Assembly (NCBI GenBank): GCA_011109175.1
Contig: RDEW01000048.1
Span: forward strand, 209,445 to 273,444
DNA length: 64,000 bases
Reading direction: 5' to 3'
From: Dicyema japonicum
Lineage: Eukaryota > Animalia > Dicyemida
Shown here: in pieces, positions 26,488 to 40,274 of the stretch
How positions within the stretch are numbered: the stretch's first letter is position 1
How the letters are laid out: every line of letters starts with the position of its first letter
Made by a program: the position numbers and the translations under genes
Notes under the pieces: model-generated
The model's input: the letters and a program-made list of their open reading frames with translations, nothing else
Databases searched by the model: none
What the model was told of the DNA's origin: nothing

Positions 26488-26605
26488 GAGAGAATCCATG
26501 TTCGAATGGCGTCAGCCCAAAAATTGGAAAAACTTGGAGGATTACCCTTGAGAGAATCCATGTTCGAATAGCGTCAGCCCAAAAATTGGAAAAACTTGGA
26601 TGATT
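26488..26605. repeat. Tandem duplication, 62-bp period, about 2 copies
   Basis: gagagaatccatgttcgaat(g/a)gcgtcagcccaaaaattggaaaaacttgga starting at 26488 and 26550. Confidence 0.95.
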
Positions 26606-27846
26606 AAATACGAATATAGAACTCCTCTCTTCCGTCATCCAACAGTGGCCATATAACTTTCGGTTTTTCCAAATTGCTGTTTATCAGTTTGGTTATTTTT
26701 GTCTAAAGCTCTTATGTCTATCATTCGAACCTTAATTTCAAAAAAATAACTTAAATAAAAAATTTTATTGTGGTGAACTAAAATCTTTGATATCATCTAA
26801 TTCAGAGAAAGTCAATAATTGTATTATACAAAGCGACAAATCCGTTCAATGCATTTCCCTTCGATAACCAGTGAACCTAATAAGTCAATTTGATATTTAA
26901 ACCTCATTACGGACTAATAAACGTACATCCGCATCAATTCGAAACTTCTTAAATCATCGATCATATTGCTGTTGGATTTTATTCATAATTTTTATGACAA
27001 TATTTAAACTTAAGTTCACTAGATATAATCTTGGAAACAAGATTATACTGATGAAGAACACAGTATACCCAAATTATTCCAGTGCATAATTTTAAAAAAT
27101 GCTATAAAGCTTTTGAATTTTCCAACCATCATAGCTCTATCCGTCGTATCGACAGTAGATTTTCTAATGGAATACTACTTCCGACAAAATAATTTCTGAT
27201 GAGACCCACAACAACAGATAATATCAATTTCAGTGATGTAACAATTTATGATTCTCAAATCGTATGGGAAAAGCCTGCTTTCACTACCAGTTTAGATATT
27301 TTATATGATGGTTTCAGTCCTTCTAAAAATTTGATTGATTGTAGGAGTTTTGAAATAGTTTTTTTATTTTTTCAAAATATTTGATAGGTAAGTTTAGACT
27401 AATTGCTTACTTTGCGAATAATGCTATAGTCTTGATGGCTTCATTGTTTCGTTTGACAAGCTAATATTTAATATTTGTCAATACAGCCTTGTTTCATCAA
27501 TGGGAGTTGGAATAAACCTCAAATCATAAGAATCTGCTCTGGTAATTAAGGACTGAACTCAATTTATTCTACGCATGTTAATTTCTGGTGCCCTTCTAAG
27601 AATGTTAGTTATTGAATTTTTATTTAATTAAATAATAATTTTTAAACTATTTTTACTTTTAAAATTTTCGTTCTTTTGGTTGAGCTGGTGACGTGGCTTT
27701 TGAACTCAATGTCTGGAAAACACAGTATCAAGCCATTGGACTTCTCACTTTAATACGGGGAAGTGGATGAAATTAACTAGTGATTTGCTAACTCATGCTA
27801 CAATGTTTTGTCAAGTCCTATGACATAGCGATAAGTGCAAATAATA

Positions 27847-28955
27847 CAGTATGACCTCCATTTGGGCAAACCTCTGGCTTGGGAAACCTCTGTTTTTTGA
27901 AAATGGCATAAATTTCCAAATTTGGAAATTATCGGAACTTATAAGTGGGGAATTGGATTTTTAATTTATATAAATATTTGCTATTAATATTAAAATTAAT
28001 TATATAAAATTTTATTTTGAATCCTCGTGTAATTTTTGCATTCTTGTGGTTATGGCTCGTCACCTTTTTTTTAATTTATTTAACCAAGACCATGGTAAAA
28101 CAAAACTAATTATCACATGCTGCATTCTAACAGAGACCTCATCTTTGCCCGTCGTTCTTCCTTCGTGCCCGCGCATGAACGTACAGGACGGCTGCCTGAA
28201 TTTTCAGGGCCAACTTCCCGTGATCTGGAGTCAAGTCTCATAAGGGCCTTCAGAGGCGTAGGTCCGGGTCGATGATCTTCACAAATCCAACGCTCCGTTA
28301 CTCTGTAAGCCCTCTTTTGCATTTCCTCATATTTGTCCAAGATATGGACGGACCCCACGAGGCGCATGCATATGAGAAACATGGGTTAAATAAAAAAATG
28401 GCTCGTCACCTTAGTCTCGAGTTAAGGATTAAAATTGCTAAGGAAATAAGTGAAATTGAACATCTTACTGAACGAGATATTGTACATAGATACAAATTAG
28501 TAAAGGTTGCTTAGTAATTTCAGTTTTAGGCGGTACATTACGAATAAAAAAAAGATAATAAAATGTTATATGACCAAAATGAATGCAACTGTTCACACTT
28601 GGAGACAATAACAGCAATGAATAACCTTGAGGAGAATATTAACGGTTTGTTAAAAGACTATCACAATTTCAGAAAAGTATTGGGCATACATATGAAGAAA
28701 TCTGCAACAGGAAACATAATAACAGATTAATTTCGTGAATAGAATTAAAAAAATTATGTTTTAAAAAATATATTAGTTATCAATAAAATTAAATGAAAAC
28801 ATGCTTAAATGTTCATAAAAATATTTTACTTATTGATAAAATTAATGGAAAATATGTTAAAACTGTTAAAGTTTTTTATAAAAATGAGGAAAATGTCGGA
28901 CCTCCGTTTTTGGGGCAATTTTTCAAAATGGATGCCCCAAATGGAGGTTATACTG
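27847..28955 (+). mobile_element. pogo/Tigger-like non-autonomous DNA transposon (1109 bp)
   Basis: TIRs cagtatgacctccatttgggca / tgccccaaatggaggttatactg, TA on both sides; HTH-psq-like MARHLSLELRIKIAKEISE at 28399. Confidence 0.85.
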
Positions 28956-29169
28956 TACTGTAGTTATTTGGGCGATATCGTGAAGATTGATAACCACTAT
29001 TTTAGACGAACATATCCTTTCACTTCAGGGTGAGCATCTTCTTCAGTAACTTTTTATTTGAAGTTGTTCGTTTTCGTTTTTTAGCTTATATAAAAACGCA
29101 TTCTACCCAAAGCCATATTACCGATAGGACACACTTTATTAAAGTAAAGAACGGTTATGACAACAAATA

Positions 29170-29390
29170 GTAGAAAGGTGGAACCAAGGAATGCTCTTCT
29201 CTTCTTTTTTTCTTTTTGTTGTGTGTGAGTTCTTTATAGACGTTCCGGTTCCGCAGTGAAGTATTCACTCATGACGTCGTGACTCGTCAATCCAAAGAAT
29301 TGTAGATGTGTGGAACCTTACCGGAATATACAGCATCGAGATTCTAGCCAGGGACGATCAGACCATTTGCCCGGCCAAATATAACTCCAA
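29170..29390 (-). mobile_element. SINE family 1 copy, diverged
   Basis: Reverse complement of the family 1 body. Confidence 0.8.
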
Positions 29391-29869
29391 ATTGATTTAA
29401 TGGTCTATCTCCAAGAATATTGAAATCTTCACCACAACCGTAAATTTACATTAATAAGTCCATACAGCTATTTTTCAGATAACTACCATTAGTCGTGGAG
29501 ACAACTGGAACTGTAGGCGCGAATACGGACGCCTTTCTCCACAGCATTGTAAGCAAACTCGCCTCAAAAAGGTGCGAGCCACGGGAGGGACTCTGGTTAA
29601 GGCAGAGGCTCGAAATGGCGATTATCAGAAGAAACGCCTTCGCCATTCTGTCGTCCTAATTATTGTCTAAATTAATTTATTTGTTGAATAAAAAAATATG
29701 AATTACTACCATTAGTTGTTCGATCTATAATGTCCTTATCAATTAAATAGAAACGTTAGGATATACATAGTCCTGTCGGTTGTCGTACCCTAGTTTACTG
29801 TTTGAACAGTTTGTTTTATAATAGGTGGACTAAATTTGTCTGTGAGTGGAAGTTTATTGGAAAAATAAC

Positions 29870-30110
29870 ATCAAAAAGCAGTTCATTGAACCATGCATCT
29901 CCTATGTGTGTGCTTCCTGGGCTCATTCATCTCTCAGACCAATTCTGAGATCACGGTCGCACAAAAAAGAACATACAATGACAGACCAATGGATTTCCAG
30001 AACTCCGACATCTCTGGAGTTACTTATTCTAAAAGATGGTGCTAAATGTCCGTTCTATCGGACAGGTCTCTGCCCCGTGCTTATGTAGACTCGAGAGTGG
30101 ATCACCGCGC
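29870..30110 (+). mobile_element. Jockey/I-like LINE ORF2 fragment
   Basis: KQFIEPCISYVCASW; near-identical to 35165-35420 and related to 59050-59350. Confidence 0.65.
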
Positions 30111-30169
30111 CATGCTAAGAAACAAGGCACCATGACGATATCAATTTGGGACCAAAATTATTTCCTTAG

Positions 30170-31154
30170 CAGAACTGATTGGAATTCAAAAAGAGCTGAT
30201 AGTATGACCCTTAAAATAACATTCTTAATTCCATCTGATTTAGCACACCCGGCATATCAATCCTCATTGGACTCCAATCAGAATTTGATCATGATGATTC
30301 TTCAGCTCCCATCAGAGTCGTCAAAGATCGAAGATTTGGTACACCCTAAAGTCAAACAACCCGGGCAGAGATACCTTTATGAGTCTGTCTGCGAGGATAA
30401 ATACGAGAGGCTTTTGAAAATATCTAACCAACACCGACGAGCCTGTCTTTTAACTGCAAGATGCGAGTGGAGCGGGGCTTGGATCAATGCCCTACCCATT
30501 GGAAACGTGGGAACTCACCTAGACGATGAAACGGTCCGCACCGGAGTCTCCATCAGACTTGGATTGAAAGTTTGTCAACCCCATGAGTGCCGATGCGGCC
30601 GGAAGGTCGACTGCTATGGACATCATGCCCTTTCTTGTCGAAAAAGCGCAGGTCGATTCGCTAGACACAAGGCTATAAATGAAGTGGTGAAGCGTGCCCT
30701 CGAGTTGGCGGGATACCCATCCATTCTAGAGCCAACGGGATTGAGTAGGGATGATGGGAAGCGACCCGATGGAATTACTGTCTTCCCCTTCTCTCGGGGC
30801 AAATGCTTAATTTGGGATGCTGCCTGTACTGACAGCTTTTCCCAGTCGAAACTTTTGAGGTCGGCAATGAAAGCGGGAGAGGCCGCCCGTTTATATGAAA
30901 ACTCAAAAATATAGAAATACAGCAGCCTCCTAAACCGTTTCCATTTACAGCCAGTGGTCGTCGAGACGAGCGGAGTCTTTGGCCCCAAGACGGTCTCTTT
31001 CCTTAGAGCACTTGGGTGTCTATTGACCAAAGCCTCGAGGGAGCGTCGGGAAACCGAGTGGCTTTTCCAAAGGATATCCCTGGCAGTAGTCAGAGGTAAC
31101 AGCCACTCGATCATATCCGCTGAATTCTTGCTAACAAAAGGCTTACGCTTATGA
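30170..31154 (+). mobile_element. CRE-like non-LTR retrotransposon C-terminus (CCHC finger and restriction-like endonuclease)
   Basis: SGAWINALP, CQPHECRCG, GHHALSC, RHKAINEVVKRAL, KRPDGITVFPF, WDAAC, VETSGVFG, WLFQRISLAVVRGNS. Confidence 0.92.
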
Positions 31155-32174
31155 ATGGGAAATGCTCAGGGTTAGTCAACTCTGAGTGGAAGGTGAGAAG
31201 AATCGGTGACAAAGTTAGTTACATGATAGATATATGGTGGATATCAAAAAAAGCATATAAATAACAAATGGACCATTAAAACGAAGATTTTAGGTGGACA
31301 TTCAACATAATCCACTGTAACGACTCCCTATCTACTACCAACATTAACAGAAACGCAGTAAATGCGTTATCTGCTACAGAAAGAGCAGAGATAACTAAAA
31401 AGAAAAATACAAAGGGTTTAAACCTCCATTAATTTAGATAGACCATAAATTAGAATTGTCGGTGAGGATAGTAGACAGAATCATTATAATACGCACGTGT
31501 GGAAAGAAAATTATAAATGTTGCTTTAATAATAAATTAAATTATTTCAAAGACTTTGGGGTAAAACCAAACTAATGATTCCTTGTTCCAGCAGAACCCTC
31601 ACCCAAAAATGATTCAGAGGATGTTTTCCGGGAAACTGAGGTCGATTCCAGAACTCGTCGCCACTGAGAAAAATTCTGGAATGAATTGATGGATCCTTTT
31701 TGGGTGCCTCTTGATTAAGGTGCCTCCTAAGTTCTGGACGCTTCCTCCTAAGAGACGAATCGTGTTCTTGGTTTCCTCATCGGATCGATGATCATTGATT
31801 CTACAGAAGCTTTCTCCTGCCCGGGACCTTCGGTGAACATCAGTAACCAATGGGAGCGTCCAGCTCTAACTGCTAGACGCCTGAAGACAGTCGGCCTTCT
31901 ACAAGGTAGCGACTCGGGGTTAATGACTACTAGCCTTATCTTCTCTTCACATTTGTATCAGTAATTTCTCCTTTTCCAGCATCCAATTGGATACCTTCAC
32001 AATTAACATGCAATTCCACTGGTTGGCTTGAATCAGACCCGTGCTACAATCTCATCTACCTAAACGGCGCTTAGAGGACAATCCACAAAAATCCCTAAAT
32101 AACCCAAACTTCGGCTTAGTGGAATACAGAACGTAAAGAATAATACAAAAAGATACAAATGTAAATGAAAGAAT

Positions 32175-32632
32175 CTAAATTTTGGCTCTGCAAAACGGGC
32201 ATTTGGTAGATTCCTAAAATATAAAAGAAAGCAAACCATCAGCCACCTCTTTATGCAGTCCGTGTGAAACACGTGCTTACATTTCAGTTGAATCAAAATC
32301 GAGTTGTTCATATACTCTTCCAAGCAAACCGAGCAATGATCTGGAAAATTCTTAGATGAAGGAAGCCTCAGGAAATCCTCATATTTTTGATTCCTCAATT
32401 TTTTGATTTTATTCATATAACTGGACTTAGTTAGAACGTTTGAATGCGCATATTCAACATCCGGTAACATATAGAAATTCCTTCTCCATTCATGATAGCG
32501 TCGAATCTCAGCAAAGAACAAGTCGGGATTTCCAGTTTCACTAAAGGCATGTAACAGTTTTGCACGCATGGAATTATTAAAAAAGAAATTGGGATCAGGA
32601 CCTTCAGAAAATATGTAATTTGTCATGTCCAT
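32175..32632 (-). CDS. RING-H2 finger protein (E3 ligase-like), paralog A
   Basis: CSVCLEEY...LKCKHVFHTDCIKRWLM|ESTKCPFCRAKI* after removing the 23-nt intron gtttgctttcttttatattttag. Confidence 0.85.
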
Positions 32633-32815
32633 AGTGAAAACAGAACAAATACACAAGGAAAAACTAATGACCAATAATTTATTTTATTTTAATTATCTTA
32701 TTTTTAATAAATAGAATTACTAAATCTAGATATTTTATTTAAATTTTCTTATTTTTTCTGCGGAAATCAATAAATAATTTATTTAAAAGAATAATATTTA
32801 AAAGAATAACAACTG

Positions 32816-34230
32816 AGGGTCATACAGTAGCCACCCAGACTGCGTGGTTATTCCTTCTCAAGATGGCGAGCGAAATTCGCTCAAAGAGATTCGCTCGGAG
32901 GTCTCCAATGCCTGTAGAAATTCGGATTCTTAGACGACTCAGGAATTCAATTTCTATGGCACAAGGGAACCGGACGTTCCAACTACGAGCGGAACAGACA
33001 AAACATCCTCGGGTTGAACTAGGAATTTTGCTCGTTTTAATTTCTCGGCTTTCTAAGTGGTATGGCAGGCCTTAAGGCACTCTGATGTAGGTTGCAAGGG
33101 GTGAGGGTGCCTGTGCAAGTGATGTCCCAGACAAGATGTTTTCTAGCTTCAATCGGAAGAAGGTCATCCTATCTGGTAGTTTTTTATTATTTCTGCAAAG
33201 CTAACTGATTCGGGCATAGAAGGGTGTCCACAGCGCCCAAAGTCTTCTAAATGACTTCGTTGTAGGCCATGAGTTTGGGAGAACTGTCCGCACTTTTCCA
33301 ACTGGAGAATGGGGAAGACCATAATAGTCAATCTGGTCCCAGCATCAGAATGGATTCGGCCACAGACTTTCAATCCCAATACGAACGAATTCATCCTCTA
33401 GAAAAGTACTCAAAACTCCACATGGGATGGCGTTGAGTCAGGCTCCACTTTCTGACGGTGTTTGTTATATGACATCAGTAGATTTTCAATTACTTTCGTC
33501 ATACGGTATCGCCAGACCCTGTTGAGAGTTCAGGAAGGTTGGGAAAACAGGTATGTACGGCTCCAGAGCTCACGTGCATGACCAACGTCCTGGTCAGTAG
33601 AGATTTCGGGGAGGGAGTGTAGAATCCTCTTTATAAGGGAATCACATGTCATTGGTGACGGGAGATAAGCAGGGAGAGAAATGTCTATAGAACTGCGAAT
33701 TCCATGCCATCTGAATCTGACCTACTTTCACGAGGCTTCCTCAGACCAGACATTGAAAATAAGCTCCGTTGTTGAACGGAAGATCCCGTCAATGTGTGCA
33801 AGTTGGGCGCATTAAGTGAAATAAGTGACAGCCCTCAGGACATATTCAAACCTCTGTACGTCGAAGCAGCTCTTTAAGCGGAACAATGATGTATGCACGT
33901 CAAGCAGACAAACCTGGTCCAGAGTCCCTTCCACTAATCGTTGATTTTCGCGTATACCTCTACCAATTGCACACATAGTGAAAATCCGAAGAAAATAAGG
34001 TCTTCACCGTGGATGGAAATACTTAGAGCAGTAAATTCGCGAAAGATGACATAACTTGTGAATATTTTTTTATCAATTGTATTTTCCGCATTTATTATTA
34101 TTTGATTACAGAAAAACTTCGACAAGGCCGGATTCAACATTTCTAAATCCTGGAAGACAGTATCTAAGGGTCCTCCAATAATCGCATCATTCCGATACCA
34201 CAGGTGAGAGACGAGCGGGGAACTCAATTA
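32816..34230 (-). mobile_element. CRE-like retrotransposon, RT to 3' end, decayed
   Basis: SSPLVSHLWYRNDAIIGGPLDTV (YLDD region), GIRSSIDISLPAYL, LGLKVCG, FERISLAILRRNNHA, 3' end gtatgaccctc. Confidence 0.8.
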
Positions 34231-35090
34231 ATTTCTTAATTTCTAAACGAGTGTTGGAAGTGAAGAAGCTTCATCCATGTGAAGAATCTTCATGATTGTA
34301 CGACTACTCAAGCGAGGATCGGCTAAACCCAATTCAAAAATATAGGACTAGTTCGATCACTTTGTATTGGACTCTTAATGCAAGCCTCACAACCGACCCC
34401 TTGGCAAATAATTTAATCGGGATGACTTCTTACCTCTTTCAAAGTTGAAGGGTAGTCTCGTTCACTTAATTTCAAAATTCTTGAAGGTCTTAAGCACTTG
34501 AACAGAGCGGTTGACTTTGACATTGCTTGTAGAGAATTACTGAATTACTCCCCAACTCAGCCAAAAATACCTTATGAGATTCCCATAATTCTGCTGAAAA
34601 ATCTGGGGGTATTAGGCATTCCTCTATAACTAGACTATTGAACACATCAATTGACAAAAAAGTGCTTATATACGACCAATTCTGAACTTGGGAGACCGAA
34701 GGATAATCCAGCCTGCTAACTCTTATGTCAATGTCAAAACTATTGGACAAACTAGTTATTTCAAAAATTAAGGACGTTCTACCAGTCATGCCATTTCAGC
34801 ACGGGTTCAATACAGAACGTTCAACTTCCTCAGAATCTATCCTTACTGGATTCTAACCAAACCCAGACATCTGAAGACTGTTCTCTATTCCGTAGATATT
34901 CAAAAAGCGTTAGACTCCGTTCCTTGGTGAAACTTAGTTTGGAAAAAATTCCAATTGGAAATCCTGGAAACTTTAAAATATAGTTGGCCAATTTTCTTGG
35001 CGGTTGGAGATCTAATATCGGCATAACTACAATTTCCAAATGTTGTCCCCAGAGATCAGCTCGACAAGCAAATGTGCTTTTCACAGAATG
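34230..35090 (-). repeat. Unclassified dispersed repeat (family 5); second copy at about 55200-56165(+)
   Basis: Shared blocks ttggctgagttgggg...aatgtcaaagtca...agaccttcaa and atcctcgcttga.tagtcgtacaat.atgaagatt...gcttcttcacttcc. Confidence 0.75.
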
Positions 35091-35164
35091 TCAAAAAACG
35101 AAAAAGTCTAACCCTCTGAAAAGCCTCTCAGGATTATTGAGGGTCAGAAACTAGCCAGTCCTGA

Positions 35165-35420
35165 ATTCTGTTTACAAGCAGTTCATCGAACCATGCATAT
35201 CCTATGTGTGTGCTTCCTGGGGCTTATTCATCTCTCAGACCAATTCTGAGAAGATCGCGGTCGCACAAAAAAGAACATACAGTGACAGACCAATGGATTT
35301 TCGGGACTCCGACATTTTTGGAGTTACTTATTCTAAAAAATCGTGCTAAATGTCTGTTCTATTGGACAGCTCTCTGCCCCGTGCTTATGTAGACTCGAGA
35401 GGATCACTACGATATGCTAA
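35165..35420 (+). mobile_element. Jockey/I-like LINE ORF2 fragment
   Basis: Near-identical to 29870-30110. Confidence 0.65.
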
Positions 35421-36739
35421 GAAACAACTGAATCGTGTTAAGATTAATTAGTTCTGGGTTTTAACAGTGTTTTTGGATTAATAAATTAAACTAAGTTAAA
35501 TTTAAGACAGATTTAGAAAAAAAAGGCCAACCGTTGATATCATTCGAAGCCATCAATGGCTCACGGCAATGCCAAATGCACTGAAAAATGATGTAAGTTC
35601 TGGAGTTAAATGCATTCGTAAACTGTACGACTCAGAAAACGGAGAATGGTGAAAAAAATCTTAAAAGACTTGATGGACACCAAAATTATCGGAACTTCTA
35701 AGTGGACTGTGGAAAATAGTAGACATCCACTGGCAGAAGAGCTTAAAAACGTGACATTACGAGATATACAAATGTGCGCCAATAAGCGGAAGAAGTGATA
35801 AAATCTCACTGACGACTTTACGTATGGACATCATGTAACTTCATTATGGCGAGTTTTCTACCAAAATAAATCTGTGTGCTTTCATAGACGATAGAAAACT
35901 ATTCTTACACTTTCCCTAGACCAAGAATGTCCAAGTTGGTGGAGAAGTGAATGCTGTGGATGATTTAGATGAATTACCCAAGTAGAAAGTTGGTAGAACG
36001 GAAAAAGAAGAACACGGCACTAACGAAATCTTAAAGATTCATATTAACTTGAATTATTCAAAGGCCAAGAGTAAAACCAAAGTAACTAGTCCCATGATCC
36101 TGACCTGTTCCAGTAGAGCCTCATCTGATCAAAGTACATTGTCCGAAAAGCTGAGGACGAAATATACTCCCGGTTCATAATTAATGACTCAAATTATAAA
36201 TAAAAACAATTTTCGCTATGAATTCTTAATATTTTTTACAATACTTCATTCTTCTGAGTCTATCACCCACATCCATGCGTCATCACCGACCAATTAACCT
36301 AGTACAACCAAAAATTGAAAGAACTTGAAGACCATCTTTCGGAAGCTGCATGTATTGGATAATAATCAATATGATTCCATTTATTCATTTGGAACCAAGA
36401 ACCACTGACAAAACAAGAGTGGGGGCGTCAGGTGATCCCGGCCTCCTTGAACATCCGCCTCATCTTTTTTCGGTTTCCTCCTGAGTGCCGACACACTTCC
36501 GGTGTGGACGAGTGACTTTTTGGAGGTTTAGGGGTTTGCAGAGCTCCCGTATTCCTCACGAGTTCCTCGAACGAAGCGGAAGATCTTTGTAGGGTCTTTG
36601 TCATGTTTCTTGGAAGGAATTAATTTTCTTTAGATTGGTGTGGGAGATGTTAGTACCCCATACAGCGCAGCAGTAGATTATTGACAGAAGTATATATTGG
36701 TAGTAAAGATTATCTACTATTTGGTGGAACCAATAACTA

Positions 36740-36970
36740 TTAAGGCACTTTCACGAAAGCCATAATGTTCATAGCCCCGCATGTGCAACACTCAAAACAA
36801 AATTAAGCGTTAATATTTTCCATTTTCTTCTGTCAAATGCAAGCGACATTAATTTATCTAGGTCGTCACCAGTTTTGAACTTTTTTTCACCTAGTTTAGA
36901 TCCTTGTTTAAGACAATCGGCAGTGTCGTTCTTGGTCATCCGCGGAAGGGTTTGTCGCAACAACTGGTGG
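36740..36970 (-). mobile_element. RTE LINE 3' end
   Basis: KTGDDLDKLMSLAFDRRKW followed by gcacatgcggggctat...tatggctttcgtgaaagtgc. Confidence 0.8.
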
Positions 36971-37079
36971 TGTTATCAATATGATTCAATATTGCCACTA
37001 ATAATAATTAAAAACCTACTTAACTAATAATTCCTTATAATTTTTTAATTTTTTGTTTAAAACAAAAATTTTTTTTAAC

Positions 37080-37330
37080 AATTAAACAAATGTCAGTTGA
37101 GGAAGCCTGCTGCGTGGATTGCGAACGAGTTCCCTCGGAGTATGTCTATTCCTATCTTTTGTCTTAGCCATAACCCTTCTCGTTGATCCCTTTTCTTTCT
37201 GGCAAGCAATCCTCCGAGTTCTTGCAAGAATTGAGCCGTCATTGGAACAACGGCTCCCGATGATTCGGTCGCAACAGGAGTAAATCGGTAGCGATCCCCG
37301 AGGCAAGAATATTTCTTGCCTTCAGAGCTC
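37080..37330 (-). mobile_element. CRE-like retrotransposon 3' fragment
   Basis: [58 protein letters not shown]. Confidence 0.85.
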
Positions 37331-37619
37331 TGACGATCACATCATTCAGAGCAGCATGACGTGGTTCCCTTCCGGCGCTTCTTCTGCAGGACAGCGGGTG
37401 CAATCCTTTCGCATCGACTGTTTTCCCGCATCGGCATCGGTGCTCCTGGCATTTTTTAATTTAAATTTAATTTTTTAATTTAAAAAAAACTGAATAATAA
37501 AAATTTCGCAATTATTCATAATTCAAACAGAATAACGAAAATAGTCTAACTAATAATTCCTTATATTGTACATTTTACCGAGATTCGCCAAGAGATTCCC
37601 TCGTCACGTCATGTCAAAC

Positions 37620-38060
37620 TCGGCTGTCATGAGGGATGTCGAAGTAACCGGGTAAACTTGCCTCCTGGAACCCGTCGGAATTGACAGAGATGATAGCAAG
37701 AGGCCGGATGGCGTAATGACCATGCCGTGGAGCCAAGGGAGGTGTCTTGTTTGGGATTCAACGTGCACAGACACTTTCTCTAACGAGAATCTGATAAAGT
37801 CACCGTTGCGCGCGGCTTCCGAGAATCTGATAAAGTCACTGATGAAGATTCAAAAAGGAGGTTCGCATTCCAGTCGATCTCAATTGAGACGTCTGACGTT
37901 CAAAGCCTGAGTACATCTGAGTTTATCAAGTTAATCGAGAAGCTTGCAAGATTAAGGAAGAGAGACCCTAGAATGACACGACGACTCTTCCAGAGCATTG
38001 GGCTCTCAATCATGAGGGGTAACTCCTAGTGTGTGGTTAATGCCTGCAGACCATAATGGA
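37620..38060 (+). mobile_element. CRE-like retrotransposon 3' fragment
   Basis: LLEPVGIDRDDSKRPDGVMTMPWSQGRCLVWDSTCTDTFS...FQSIGLSIMRGNS. Confidence 0.85.
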
Positions 38061-39205
38061 GACCTTGTCATAATAACTGACTTTATTGTTAATTAAATGC
38101 TGTTTAGTAGAATCCAAAGACATATGATCGGTTATCCTGCATTTCTGCGACTAATTAAAAAAATGTTTGGTATTCTCACATTTGATGACTGATCTGCATT
38201 CAATCTGTCAATCTAGCCGAAACATCAGTTATTGGAGATCTAAGAAAACGGAAACTCCTCTTTCTATAGTACGTTAGTGATTGGAGTGACATTTTTGTTT
38301 GCATTTTTTGTCCCATTGTTTGAGACAATCAAGTAGACTGATAAAGCAATTATTAATTCGTTCGATGGGTCCTGGTTAGACATCTGGAAAGCAGTCATGC
38401 ATCTTGGAGGACCGGTCCATGCCTGATTTTTTTCAGAATCACAAACACCGATATTTGACCACCCTTTATTTGCGTAAGTCTCATAAACACTCAAAGAATC
38501 CAAGGTACGTTGACCAAATTATTTGATTTGGTCAACGTAGTAATGTTAAAAACCTTAGGTACCCCATTTAAATGGTTACCCATATAACTCGACGGAGTGG
38601 AGTTTGTTACTCCCGATTCCTCATCTGTAGCAGAACATGTGGTATCTTCTGAATAGTTGCACCAAGTGATGCCATTAGATTAGTCATGGTAGCGTATAAT
38701 TGGATGAAAGAGGCATGTAATCCCCAGCTAAACAACTCCCAGATCTGTTAATTAGTGTTTCAGCTTAAATCAGGCTCATTGATTAGTTGAAGATAAACAT
38801 TTGATCTCACCACAACAGTAGATTGTCCCTGCTATCTTCATACAGTCCACCAGGTGATTCCAGCTTCCCTTAGTAGCCTCCTCTTTTTCTCGATGTTCCT
38901 CCGCGACCAACATACTTTCTATAAACTCGGGAACACGTCTCTGCTTCGGGCATCATTTTGTCCAATCTCTCAGTAGGTCTCGAATGGTGTTGGCCGTAAC
39001 AAGATAGTCGAGAAACGTTGGAGGGTTTTGTGACTGTTGCTTGGAAGTCGATGATCTTCTTAAGCTTTGTTTTAGATAGGTCCGTACCCCATGCACCTCA
39101 TCCATATTTGAACGCCGGTTGAAAATATTGAATGTAGAAGTGAGATTTCGCAAAATAAAATTAAAAATATAAAAAAGTAATATAAATTTAAATTAGAAAT
39201 ACGAC

Positions 39206-39255
39206 AAACAGGAAGTAGCAGTTAAGTGTTCCTTATGAACGCCTATAAAAGAGAC
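39206..39255 (+). promoter_or_regulatory. Putative promoter module (ETS-like CAGGAAGT plus TATA-like CCTATAAAAG); duplicated at 40054-40095
   Basis: aaacaggaagta (12 bp) and ttccttatgaacgcctataa (20 bp) are identical in both copies with near-identical spacing. Confidence 0.55.
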
Positions 39256-39282
39256 GAGTAACGAACGAAGCAAATTATTAAA

Positions 39283-39720
39283 ATGACCGGTTGGGCTGAC
39301 CTCTATAATTTAGAATTCCCAAACATGTTGGATATAGAAGTTTTTCTATACTTTTTAAATAAATACCCCGAGGATATCGACGTTAACATATTTATAGCAT
39401 TCATGGTGTATCATATCGGTATAAACCCAAGCGTCTGTGTAGAAATCATGTTAATGTTCTATCAACTGTTTCCAGATATTTTCAGAATCTTTATGATGAT
39501 GCTATCTGAAGTTTACATTGATGTTTTTGTTGAGCTAATGAGAATATTATATTGTGAAAAATTCTTAGTTCGTTTTATAAAAGGAAAAAATAAGCCTGTT
39601 AGAGAACATATCGTATATGTAAATCCTGACGGGACATACGTCTACAGAGTATACGGAAAAGGTCCACTGTTTAGAAAAAATTGGAGAGGAAAATACTTCC
39701 ACGTGGAAGACCAATTCTAA
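39283..39720 (+). CDS. Orphan intronless 145-aa protein, hydrophobic N-terminal two-thirds and basic C-terminus
   Basis: Clean ATG-TAA ORF between AT-rich flanks, aaaATG context, TATA-like box about 35 nt upstream. Confidence 0.65.
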   Translation: MTGWADLYNLEFPNMLDIEVFLYFLNKYPEDIDVNIFIAFMVYHIGINPSVCVEIMLMFYQLFPDIFRIFMMMLSEVYIDVFVELMRILYCEKFLVRFIKGKNKPVREHIVYVNPDGTYVYRVYGKGPLFRKNWRGKYFHVEDQF

Positions 39721-40274
39721 TTCGATTGATTTTATTTTATTTAAATTATTATTTATTATATTTTCGTAAGATAAAATAATTTAAATCTTTGTCAACCCCT
39801 TCTCTTGGGGAGATGCTTGATTTGTGCTTTCACATACACCTTTTCCCTGTCAGGACTTTAAGACTCCGCGTTGAAAGTTGGGCCCGGGAAAAGTGATCTG
39901 TTCTGTGGTCATCAAGGTTACATGAGGGCAGAGTGGCGACATTCCTGGACGTACTAAATATATAAAGATATATTGATTTCGTGTAAAATACAGTAAATTT
40001 CATCTAAATTAAAAATTAGTAAGAATAATTGAAAATGATTAGCGCTATCTTGAAAACAGGAAGTAACAGTCGGTCTTCCTTATGAACGCCTATAAGAGAA
40101 CAGTAGTTAATGAAACAAATTCCTACCGATTCGTATTACCCCCCATAACTTAATTAGTGTTTAATTTATAATAACTTAGTTACATATGTAAAAAAATTGT
40201 TAAAAATGACCAGCTGAAAAACTCTCTTATTATCCTCAATGATTTTTGCATATTCATATCTACATTATGACACA

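Noticed and set aside
33100-35090. Gypsy LTR retrotransposon
   Set aside because: No LTRs found; 32816-34230 translates as CRE-like RT/RLE and the remainder is unclassified
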